A DNA stretch of 32,000 nucleotides from Nitrosopumilus sp. Lineage in GTDB: Archaea; Thermoproteota; Nitrososphaeria; Nitrososphaerales; Nitrosopumilaceae. Shown one piece after another: positions 8,885 through 17,486 of the stretch (the first letter of the stretch is position 1; each line of letters opens with the position of its first letter). The position numbers were made by a program, and so were the translations under genes. A model generated the notes under the pieces. That model did no database searches and was not told the DNA's origin. It saw only the letters and a program-made list of their open reading frames with translations. The stretch covers positions 506,251 to 538,250 of the forward strand of contig OZ240211.1 in NCBI GenBank assembly GCA_965197525.1, in the 5' to 3' direction.

Positions 8885-9805
8885 CTATGTAATAATACCG
8901 CTTCCAAGTATTCTAATAGTAGGGGATTCGGGTTTTAGAACCACGGCAATCTGGTTCTTTTTACACACAATTGGTTTTTCAAACTCTAGTATTAACGGAG
9001 ATATTGATAAAAATTTGGCAGATCTAACTTGCAAGCCAATACCAACCAGACATCCTTGATTTACAGATATGTCATGTTTATAGAATGGGCTTTTTTTAAA
9101 ATCTAATTGGATGGTTGAGACTATATCAACTAATCCCTCTTCGGTTATGATATCGCCGCGCCCTACATCATCAGGTTTAGCGCCCTTTAATGCCAACCCC
9201 ACACGTGCGGGTGCAGATGATACAGTGACTGGGTCATCATGCATTTGGATAGATTTTATCATGACATCAACGCCTGCAGGGTACAGTTTGAGGTTATCAT
9301 ACTGGTTTACCTTACCATGTGTTACCTTGCCTAAAACAACTGTCCCGACACCCTTGACGTCAAAACAGTGATCAACTACTATCTCAGCAGGCTCATCGTT
9401 TTGGACAGGCTCAAATTTATTTATCTCCTCTTTGATTTTATCATAATCAACTTTGATGTACCCGTCTAGAACGGTATCTTTTATCATAGCGTCTAATCGG
9501 GACTCATCTACATCAAATGCGTGTGATAATATACCACGCTCCTTTTTTAAACAGTCCAATGCAACGATCTGCTCTCCGGTAAATTTATCGAGCTTATCAA
9601 CGTGAAAAATCACATACTCTGCTAAACTTATTGCCTGTAGCAGAGGTTGAATTTTGTCAGGAAAACCACTAGGGGCAACCCAAGTTTTTATGATATCAGA
9701 CTCTTTTCTGTCATAAAGTGTAATATCAGTCCGTGTTCCTACTTTTCCGAGATCAGATGCAATATTTTGATCACCCAAAACTACGAAATTGACAGATTTG
9801 ACCAT
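8885..9805 (-). CDS. EF-Tu/EF-1alpha-like protein with degenerate GTPase motifs (EF-Tu domain 2 present)
   Basis: 306 aa. The central VVDHCFDVKGVGTVVLGKVTHGKV...GDIIT is a clear EF-Tu domain-2 beta-barrel signature. The N-terminal region lacks GxxxxGK[ST], DxxG and NKxD. Confidence 0.6.
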   Translation of the reverse strand: MVKSVNFVVLGDQNIASDLGKVGTRTDITLYDRKESDIIKTWVAPSGFPDKIQPLLQAISLAEYVIFHVDKLDKFTGEQIVALDCLKKERGILSHAFDVDESRLDAMIKDTVLDGYIKVDYDKIKEEINKFEPVQNDEPAEIVVDHCFDVKGVGTVVLGKVTHGKVNQYDNLKLYPAGVDVMIKSIQMHDDPVTVSSAPARVGLALKGAKPDDVGRGDIITEEGLVDIVSTIQLDFKKSPFYKHDISVNQGCLVGIGLQVRSAKFLSISPLILEFEKPIVCKKNQIAVVLKPESPTIRILGSGIIT

Positions 9806-10233
9806 ACGATCAAGATAACAGTTGTATCTTATGAAGTTTTGAATTTAGTAGGCAAACTATACGTAGAGTAATTAACTGATACATTGAGGTACTCGATAAT
9901 GAACAGGTTTAAAATATGACACCATATCAACACGGATACTCAGAGAGATCATCTTCGTTGTCCTGTTGCTCGTCTAAAATTCGAAGATGGTATAGTATCG
10001 ATTTGTTGCCAGATGCCATAGCAAATTATGATAGAGAGGGTATAAAAACATGTTGTATGTAGCCATACCCTCCCCCACTTACATTATTAGATATAGATAC
10101 CCCCTCCCCCTCCCCTCCAAATACCCGCCCATTTATCTGTGCATCTATCCATATTCCAGTACATCATCGGGTTCTGTTGGGTTATCGAGATCTAAAACAT
10201 AGAAATAAATACTTTTAATCATTACCATAATCA

Positions 10234-10488
10234 TTGAACAGCACGAACACGCAATATCCAGGATGCGGAAAGAAACTCCAAGAGGATATTATGCAACAAC
10301 ATCATAAATTATCGTGTACTAATTGTGGATTGTTCATTGATATGAACGCATCTCACAAGCTGTCCCCTAGGTTTAGGGATAGTAGAGATGACATACATGA
10401 AGCGCAGTCTGGCACTTTTGAGTCAGCAATGTCGGAACCCAGCACACCGTCGGTAATCCGAATAGTCGATATGTCAAAGTCAGGTTAT
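10234..10488 (+). pseudogene. tnpB: TnpB C-terminal remnant (zinc ribbon and RuvC-III decayed)
   Basis: NSTNTQYPGCGKKLQED...SCTNCGLFIDMNASHKLSPRFRDSR aligns to PRNTSTQCPQCGKRLQED...CNNCGLFMDRDIIAAMNISRKLPPRFRGSR of the intact copy. The first Cys is changed to Tyr and the RDIIAA segment is deleted. Confidence 0.75.
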
Positions 10489-10547
10489 ATGGAGAGGAAC
10501 TTTGTTAATACACAACAAATTTCAGGTCTCGATAACCCAACAGAACC
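10364..10547 (+). ncRNA. Putative omega-RNA scaffold, orphan copy
   Basis: There is high nucleotide identity to 23255-23410, starting at CCCCTAGGTTTAGGGATAGTAGAG. It has the hairpins CTGGC-N8-GTCAG and TTTGTTAATACACAACAAA and ends at CAGAACC. Confidence 0.45.
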
Positions 10548-10550
10548 CTA

Positions 10551-11306
10551 CTATGGAAAAGAGTTCAGGGCAGATACATAGCTTGCAAATCGGTGATTTT
10601 TTGGCTTGACCTTTTTGTCATGGTATTTAACGGCGGATTTTTTGTTTACTGCACCATAAAGACCAAGTGGCGTATATCTAGGCAAGTTGTCGTGCGCCCA
10701 GCCAAGAACTTCATCATTTGGTGCATAATAGTTTACAGTTTTTGTTTTGATGATTGATTTGAATATTTTAGAGTATTGCAGGGATGAGGGTACATCATGG
10801 GTAATTGATGCACCAAAAAAATATACGCTGTTAATAATTCCAGTGTTTGTTTTCTTTCTTGCAAGATACGACAAAGTACTGAGGATTACCTGGGATCCAA
10901 GAGAGTGACCAAGCAGACGAATTCTAGTGCCAGGACTTGCGAGTTTAAAATCTTCAATGAATGCTCCAAGATTTTTACCGTTTTTCTTGGCAATAACTTG
11001 ACCTACTGCCAAAGCATGTTTTTGGTGTTTTGTGCTGTACGCACCTACGGTGTTTGAGTCGTAGCTGAATCCGATGACTGGGTGCATATAGCCTAATCTA
11101 CGTAGTCGAGTTTTGGCCAAGAGAGCTTTGGCAATGGCGCCTGCATTGTTGTTTCTAAAACCATGAATCATTATTACGAGTTCTTTTGAGCCGACTAATC
11201 CCTTAAAACCATTTTTTGGGTAAATACGATACAAGTCATTACGTAGGGCAGTGCCGTCAGATAGGTCATAGCATCCTCTGGTTGTGACTCGTAAAATGGG
11301 TTTCAT
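10551..11306 (-). CDS. Alpha/beta-fold serine hydrolase (DUF900/PGAP1-like)
   Basis: 251 aa with IMIHGF early in the sequence and the nucleophile elbow GHSLGSQV. It has a 4-nt ATGA overlap with the upstream metG stop. Confidence 0.7.
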   Translation of the reverse strand: MKPILRVTTRGCYDLSDGTALRNDLYRIYPKNGFKGLVGSKELVIMIHGFRNNNAGAIAKALLAKTRLRRLGYMHPVIGFSYDSNTVGAYSTKHQKHALAVGQVIAKKNGKNLGAFIEDFKLASPGTRIRLLGHSLGSQVILSTLSYLARKKTNTGIINSVYFFGASITHDVPSSLQYSKIFKSIIKTKTVNYYAPNDEVLGWAHDNLPRYTPLGLYGAVNKKSAVKYHDKKVKPKNHRFASYVSALNSFP

Positions 11307-13069
11307 GATATGTCAGATGTTGTTGATGTTGATTGGGGTGACGATGGTCCTAGGCGTTTTTTATGCTCTTCAATATCAGATGGGTCAACCTTGGTAAAGA
11401 GTGGAGAAGACTCGCCTATAGTATGTGAAGATGTTACACCAAACGCAGAGATATCACCCCATGAAGAATCTGAAACTGTTCCATCAAATCCAAGCTGAGA
11501 CCACATCTTTTGCGCAGATTCGGGTATAAACGGAGACAATGCGATTGCTAGACTCTTGACGGCATTTACGGAAAAATACACACAGTTTGCAGTACCGGTA
11601 CCTCTCTTCCATGGTTCCTTGTGTTGAAAATATTGATTAAAAAACGATGAGAATTCTAAGATCTTCTTCAAGGCCCTATCAAGATGATTCTGTTCTAGCA
11701 GGATACGCGTCTCAGAAGCGACATTCTGAATTCTAGTCTTTGCTTGTATGTCGTGTTCATCAAGGGAGTCAGCATCAGGAACGATACCGTTGTATGTCTT
11801 TTTAGTAAATCCTAATGCGCGATTAACAAAGTTGCCAATATTGCCAATCAATTCAGAGTTTATCCGTAGAGTAAAATCATCCCAGTCAAAGTTCAGATCA
11901 TCTTGAGAGTACGGATTAATTGAAACAAGATAAAACCTTAGATAGTCAGCAGGATAGTATCCCAGAAACTCTTTTAGACCGATATACCAATTTCTGCTTT
12001 TGGAGATCTTTTTGGCTTGTAGTGTCAAATGTCCACGGGTAGGAATGTAATCAGGAAGTTTGTACTCGCTGTCTATACCCAATCGCATTGCAGGTAAAAA
12101 TAGATAATGGTGATACACGATATCCTTTCCGATGAAATGATAAATATCAGCAGAATTCCAAAACTCTTTGCCATTGATTCCTTTTTCGTTTAAGAACTTT
12201 AGTGCAGTAGAGATGTATGCAAGATGATTATCAAACCATCCGTAAAAGACTTTGTTTGATGGAGTGGTAATAGATGTATTGCCATTATCATGATGGCCGT
12301 CAGCATTATGATCGTCGTGCTGGGAATCATCATCATCGGAGGTAATTGATGGAACAGGAACCCCCCAAGGGATATCCCTAGTGATATCCCAATCAATCAA
12401 TCCGGATTTGATCCAGTTTTGAACATATTTTTTAACATCCTTTTGAAGCAAGTCATTATTATCAAGCCATTGAGATATAGAATCAGAAAAGTTTGTAAGT
12501 TTGAAAAAGTAATGCCGGGTCTTTTCTTTGGTTGGAGGTTTACTACACAAAGAACATTTTGGGTTAACTATCTCATCAGGTACACGGCTACAACTCTCGC
12601 ACAGATCAGAGTACTGGTCATCAGCATGACAGTAAGGACAGGTACCCTTTACATATCTGTCAGGTAAAAATTTCTTGTCGTAATTACAGTAAAACTGGAT
12701 GATATCTTGTTCGTATATGTGACCTGCAGCATTTAATTTTTTAAAGACGTCTTGTACAAACGCTATATTTTCAGACGAGCTGGTCTTGTAAAAATAGTCA
12801 AACTGTATATTACACGCCTTAAAGTCATCCAAATCTTGTTTGTTCCAGTACGCAACATACTGGGCAGGAGTCTTGCCTTCCTTTTCTGATTGGATTAGAA
12901 TAGGAGTGCCAAAGTCATCAGATGCACAGAAATAGTATGCATCAACGCCGTTTAGTCTCAAAAACCTAGTTGTAACATCGGCAGGAAGATAGGTTGATGC
13001 AATATGCCCCAAATGGATATCGCCATTAGAGTAGGGTAATGCACTTGTAATGATAGCTCTTTTATTCAT
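11303..13069 (-). CDS. metG: Methionyl-tRNA synthetase
   Basis: 588 aa with the HIGH motif (HLGH), the KMSKS motif (KISKS), and zinc knuckles CPYC...CESC and CSLC. It carries a 30-aa Asp/His-rich insertion. Confidence 0.95.
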   Translation of the reverse strand: MNKRAIITSALPYSNGDIHLGHIASTYLPADVTTRFLRLNGVDAYYFCASDDFGTPILIQSEKEGKTPAQYVAYWNKQDLDDFKACNIQFDYFYKTSSSENIAFVQDVFKKLNAAGHIYEQDIIQFYCNYDKKFLPDRYVKGTCPYCHADDQYSDLCESCSRVPDEIVNPKCSLCSKPPTKEKTRHYFFKLTNFSDSISQWLDNNDLLQKDVKKYVQNWIKSGLIDWDITRDIPWGVPVPSITSDDDDSQHDDHNADGHHDNGNTSITTPSNKVFYGWFDNHLAYISTALKFLNEKGINGKEFWNSADIYHFIGKDIVYHHYLFLPAMRLGIDSEYKLPDYIPTRGHLTLQAKKISKSRNWYIGLKEFLGYYPADYLRFYLVSINPYSQDDLNFDWDDFTLRINSELIGNIGNFVNRALGFTKKTYNGIVPDADSLDEHDIQAKTRIQNVASETRILLEQNHLDRALKKILEFSSFFNQYFQHKEPWKRGTGTANCVYFSVNAVKSLAIALSPFIPESAQKMWSQLGFDGTVSDSSWGDISAFGVTSSHTIGESSPLFTKVDPSDIEEHKKRLGPSSPQSTSTTSDIS

Positions 13070-13107
13070 CAGATATATAGTGTGGCAAAGTTGGTGTTAT
13101 TGAATTT

Positions 13108-14358
13108 TTACCAGCTAGAGGCATACTTGAGCTGCTCAGAGTTGAGTTTATCTATTTTGACATGCATTGCTTGTAGAGCATCAGCTGCTACCTGTCTATC
13201 GATCTCTTCGGGGACATTAATAATCTTGTTTTCCATATTTGCGTGGTTTTTGAGGATATATAGAATAGACAGGATCTGGTTTGAGAATGATTGTGCCATG
13301 ACTTCAGGAGGATGCCCTTCTGCTGCAACTAAATTCGCAAGACGGCCTTGTCCTATCAGATATACCACTTTGCCATTCGTTAATGTACACTCATCCAGGT
13401 TTTCTCTCACTGTTCTGACAGATTTTGATGACTCTAACAAGAATTTACTGTCTATCTCTACATCAAAGTGCCCCACATTGCCCATTATAGCCCCATCTCT
13501 CATCTGTAAGATGTGTTCTTTTCGAACTACACTAGTCATGCCAGTACATGTAACGAAGAGATCACCAATCTTTGCAGCTTGGGACATGGGCATGACATCA
13601 AACCCGTCCATGTGTGCCTCTAGTGCCTTTACGGGATCAATTTCGGTGACTATAACTTTTGAACCCATGCCATGAAATCGCGCGGCAACTCCACGTCCTA
13701 CCCAACCATATCCTGCAACTACAACACGCTTTGATGCCATGAGAAGATTCATCGCACGCAGATAGCCATCAATGGTACTCTGACCGGTACCATACCTATT
13801 ATCAAACATGTGTTTGGTGTATGCCTCATTGACTAAGATTACAGGATATCTAAGTTTGCCCTGATTCTCAACTGCACGAATTCTAGTAACACCTGCTGTT
13901 GTCTCTTCAGTAGCTCCTAGAATTTTCATAGATGAGAATCGTTTGTCAAAGTGAGCCTTGATATTCATATCAGCGCCATCATCAGTAAGAATGACAGGAC
14001 TGTGTTTTAGTACCTGGTCAATACACCAATCATACTCTTTTACTGATTGATCATTCCAAGAGTAAACATGAATGCCTTGAGATGCTAAAAATGCAGCAAT
14101 ATCATTTTGTGTAGTCAATGGATTTCCACCACAGCATGCAACAGTTGCACCTAGTTCTTTGGCACCCATGAGCAGTACTGATGTCTCCTTGGTAATATGC
14201 AGGCAAAAGCCCAATGTGACACCTTTGAGAGGTTGGGATTTTTTATAGCGATTAATGGTATTGGACAGAATCGGCATATGGGACTTTGCCCATTGGTAGG
14301 ACAAACTACCTTTATTGATCAGTTTTGCACTAGTCTTTACTTTACTCAATGATTTCAC
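13108..14358 (-). CDS. ahcY: S-adenosyl-L-homocysteine hydrolase
   Basis: 416 aa with the NAD-binding motif VVVAGYGWVGRGVA and the conserved blocks CNIFSTQ-like GGNPLTTQND and HFDVEID. Confidence 0.95.
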   Translation of the reverse strand: MKSLSKVKTSAKLINKGSLSYQWAKSHMPILSNTINRYKKSQPLKGVTLGFCLHITKETSVLLMGAKELGATVACCGGNPLTTQNDIAAFLASQGIHVYSWNDQSVKEYDWCIDQVLKHSPVILTDDGADMNIKAHFDKRFSSMKILGATEETTAGVTRIRAVENQGKLRYPVILVNEAYTKHMFDNRYGTGQSTIDGYLRAMNLLMASKRVVVAGYGWVGRGVAARFHGMGSKVIVTEIDPVKALEAHMDGFDVMPMSQAAKIGDLFVTCTGMTSVVRKEHILQMRDGAIMGNVGHFDVEIDSKFLLESSKSVRTVRENLDECTLTNGKVVYLIGQGRLANLVAAEGHPPEVMAQSFSNQILSILYILKNHANMENKIINVPEEIDRQVAADALQAMHVKIDKLNSEQLKYASSW

Positions 14359-14529
14359 GCAAGAGTTAGACTATAAAATTCTATAGAGAATGTAGGATTA
14401 CAAAAAACCGGTTGCGGTAATATCGTAGTAGAGTAACAGAATTTTAGGCGATACTAACATGTCATACATTACTAAAAATACTTTCAGATTACACCGCCAT
14501 CACGCAGAACCTAAATAAACAGCGATGAT

Positions 14530-14850
14530 ATGGCAAATATATTGACCTGGAAGAAGATTGCAGAAAAAGGAGCAGTATCGGCAGGAAAAGGAAAAGCATT
14601 CAAGATTGACGGAAAGCAGATTGCGATATTTAATCAGGGTAATCAGCACCATGCAATAGACGACCTCTGCGTTCATCAGGACGGCTCAATTGCACCAGGC
14701 AAGTTAGACGGAGATATTGTAGAGTGTCCATTGCACTTTTGGCACTATAATATAAAGACAGGTCAACTAGTCGATTATCTCAAAGATGTAAAGTTAGAGA
14801 CATACCCAGTAGAGATAAGAGACGATGGAATATACGTCGATATAGAATGA
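14530..14850 (+). CDS. Rieske [2Fe-2S] domain protein, NirD-like small subunit
   Basis: 106 aa with CVH (Cys-x-His) and CPLH (Cys-x-x-His) spaced about 17 aa apart, as in Rieske/NirD proteins. Confidence 0.75.
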   Translation: MANILTWKKIAEKGAVSAGKGKAFKIDGKQIAIFNQGNQHHAIDDLCVHQDGSIAPGKLDGDIVECPLHFWHYNIKTGQLVDYLKDVKLETYPVEIRDDGIYVDIE

Positions 14851-15095
14851 TTGCGTCTTGACAAACCATCAAGAGTCACCAATCTTGGCAGGCATGAACA
14901 GAATACGGTACAGATACGACAACTAACATAAATGTATACAGTCGTGATAATACAATTAAATTCATCAAAAAATGTAAATCAAAATACAAGAGTGCAACAA
15001 TCTTGTTTAGCATTCATAATACAATCTGGAATCATACCATATCTACAAAAAAAGAGAGACAAAAGGTTTATTCTCATATATTATAAAGAGAATTA

Positions 15096-15893
15096 TTGAA
15101 TCAAGATATCATAAATGAGATCATAAATCAAGATTACAAGGCCATTGCAGACAAAATTGAAAAGTTTGTACTAGATGCAGTAAATAATAGTCATGCAAGA
15201 GGAGTCGTTTTAGGGTTAAGTGGGGGCATAGATTCGGCAGTTTTAGCATATATCTGTAAAAACAAATTGCAAAAGGAGACGCTTGTACTGGTAATGCCAG
15301 ACACTGACATCACACCACAAACAGAGACACAGGATGCGTTAAAGATGGTCTCACTGACTGGTATACAATCCAAACTAGTTGACATTAAACCGATCATAGA
15401 AGAGTATTCGAAATATTTGGAACCAGATGAAACCTCCAAAGGCAATCTTCGTGCAAGGGTCAGAACCAACATACTATACTACTATGCCAATGCAAAAAAC
15501 TATCTGGTTTTAGGTTCAAGCGACAAGAGTGAGTACATGATAGGATACTTTACAAAATTCGGAGATGGTGCATCAGATATAGCACCGATTGCGTCACTGT
15601 ACAAACTTCAGATAAGAGAGATTGCAAAGTATTTAGGCGTACCAAAAGAGATCATCGCAAAAAAGAGCAGTCCGCACCTATGGAAGGAGCATCAGGCAGA
15701 AAAAGAGATCGGGTTATCATACGAGGAGATCGACTCGATACTTTACTGCCTCATTGAGAAAAAGTTATCACTCAAAGAGACGGAGACTGCCACTCAGATA
15801 GACGAGGCGTCCATCAAAAAGATAAATCAATTACAGACAGACAGCGAACATAAACGATCAACTATACATAAACTAGATGTGAGACAAGCATGA
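15096..15893 (+). CDS. nadE: NH3-dependent NAD+ synthetase
   Basis: 265 aa with the PP-loop GLSGGIDSAV. It has an apparent TTG start and a 4-nt ATGA overlap with cysS. Confidence 0.9.
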   Translation: MNQDIINEIINQDYKAIADKIEKFVLDAVNNSHARGVVLGLSGGIDSAVLAYICKNKLQKETLVLVMPDTDITPQTETQDALKMVSLTGIQSKLVDIKPIIEEYSKYLEPDETSKGNLRARVRTNILYYYANAKNYLVLGSSDKSEYMIGYFTKFGDGASDIAPIASLYKLQIREIAKYLGVPKEIIAKKSSPHLWKEHQAEKEIGLSYEEIDSILYCLIEKKLSLKETETATQIDEASIKKINQLQTDSEHKRSTIHKLDVRQA

Positions 15894-17308
15894 GGATACG
15901 GGATACACTATCAAAGTTGCATCAAGAGTTGGATGTTTCAAAGAACGTTAGAATTTACTTGTGTGGAGTTACAGTTTATGATGAATCACACATAGGACAT
16001 GCAAGAACGATCATAGTTTTTGATGTTCTTCGAAGATATTTGGAGAGTAAAGATGTAAAGATAGAGTTTGTTCAAAACTTTACAGATGTTGATGACAAAA
16101 TCATACAACGCGCACGACAAGAAAACACAACTGCTGATAATATCAGCACCAGATACATAAACAACTACTTTAGGGACTTTGACGGACTGAATGTAAAACG
16201 TGCTACAATGTATCCAAAGGCGACGCAGCATATTGATGACATCATCAGAGTCATACAAAAGCTAGTCGATGAAGACGCAGCATATACTACAGGCAACGGA
16301 GTGTATTTTGCAGTATCAAAATTTCCAGAATACGGCAAATTATCAAAAAAGAAGATAGAAGAGCTGCAGTCAGGGGCAAGAATAGAGATAGACGAGCAAA
16401 AACGAGATCCGCTTGATTTTGCGCTGTGGAAGAAGTCCTCAGACGTAGCACCGACATGGCCTAGTCCATGGGGGACAGGAAGGCCCGGATGGCATATCGA
16501 ATGCTCTGCAATGAGTATAAAGTATCTAGGAGAGAATTTTGAGATTCATGGCGGTGGACGAGACCTGATATTCCCACACCACGAAAATGAGATTGCACAG
16601 TCTGAGTCATATACCTGTGTGCCGTTTGCAAAAATTTGGATGCACGTTGGAATGGTAACAATAAACGGGGAGAAGATGTCCAAATCCATAGGAAACGTAA
16701 AGTCGATTAGAACAGTCTCTGATAGATGGGGTCCTAACATAGTTAGACTGTTCTGTCTGTCAGGGCATTACTCTAAGCCAATCGACTATTCTGAAGAGCT
16801 GTTAATGGAGAACTTGACAAAATGGAGGCAGGCAGAGGCGTGTTATTACGAATTGATTCATGCTTCTTCTTCTTCTAATGAGGAGGATGTAACAATCAAT
16901 CTTGACATACAGAAAATAGTAGCAAGATTTGATGATGCGCTAGATGATGATTTAAACACACATCTTGCGTTAACAGCGTTTTTTGAGGTGGCAAAAGAGA
17001 CTAACAGGATAGTAGCTGCAAACCAAAGAATTGGAATAAGTGATGCAAAGATGATCAAAATAGAATTTGAACGGATGCAAAAAATTTTAGGGCTAAGAGT
17101 TCAACAAATAACTACTGACGAAAAACAAGAGATCGACGAATTGCTTGCAAAAAGAGAACTACACAGAGAGAGAAAAGAGTTTGAAGAAGCTGATACAATT
17201 CGTAGACGACTAAACGAGATGAATATAGAGCTAGTTGATCATAAAGATAAAACGATTTGGATACGAAAAGAGATTATCAAAGCAGAGACTGAAAAAAACG
17301 AGATTTAG
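15890..17308 (+). CDS. cysS: Cysteinyl-tRNA synthetase
   Basis: 472 aa with HIGH (HIGHAR), KMSKS and the WPSPWGTGRPGWHIEC block. Confidence 0.95.
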   Translation: MRIRDTLSKLHQELDVSKNVRIYLCGVTVYDESHIGHARTIIVFDVLRRYLESKDVKIEFVQNFTDVDDKIIQRARQENTTADNISTRYINNYFRDFDGLNVKRATMYPKATQHIDDIIRVIQKLVDEDAAYTTGNGVYFAVSKFPEYGKLSKKKIEELQSGARIEIDEQKRDPLDFALWKKSSDVAPTWPSPWGTGRPGWHIECSAMSIKYLGENFEIHGGGRDLIFPHHENEIAQSESYTCVPFAKIWMHVGMVTINGEKMSKSIGNVKSIRTVSDRWGPNIVRLFCLSGHYSKPIDYSEELLMENLTKWRQAEACYYELIHASSSSNEEDVTINLDIQKIVARFDDALDDDLNTHLALTAFFEVAKETNRIVAANQRIGISDAKMIKIEFERMQKILGLRVQQITTDEKQEIDELLAKRELHRERKEFEEADTIRRRLNEMNIELVDHKDKTIWIRKEIIKAETEKNEI

Positions 17309-17486
17309 AATTGTGCATAATTTCTAGTAGTTTTATTCTGTAGGAAACTAAATTGCATGCTAGTTGCATTAACGCTCTTGAATCGCATCATTAAGAACTT
17401 GGATATAATTACTTGACATAGAAAACAATGACTACAAAATAAATATAGAGATTTACAAGATGGCAGTACTGTAGTTATAGTTAATC

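Larger units (their letters stand above)
10169..10548 (+). mobile_element. Miniature TnpB-element derivative (internal deletion) with perfect 22-bp terminal inverted repeats
   Basis: IRL GGGTTCTGTTGGGTTATCGAGA (10169-10190) is the exact reverse complement of IRR TCTCGATAACCCAACAGAACCC (10527-10548). The interior holds only the last ~85 codons of tnpB (degenerate) plus the right-end block. Confidence 0.75.

Noticed and set aside
10234-10581. 115-aa ORF as a functional small zinc-finger gene
   Set aside because: It is the decayed C-terminus of TnpB, with a lost Cys and a deleted catalytic segment. It reads through the element end into the flank and overlaps the hydrolase gene on the other strand.
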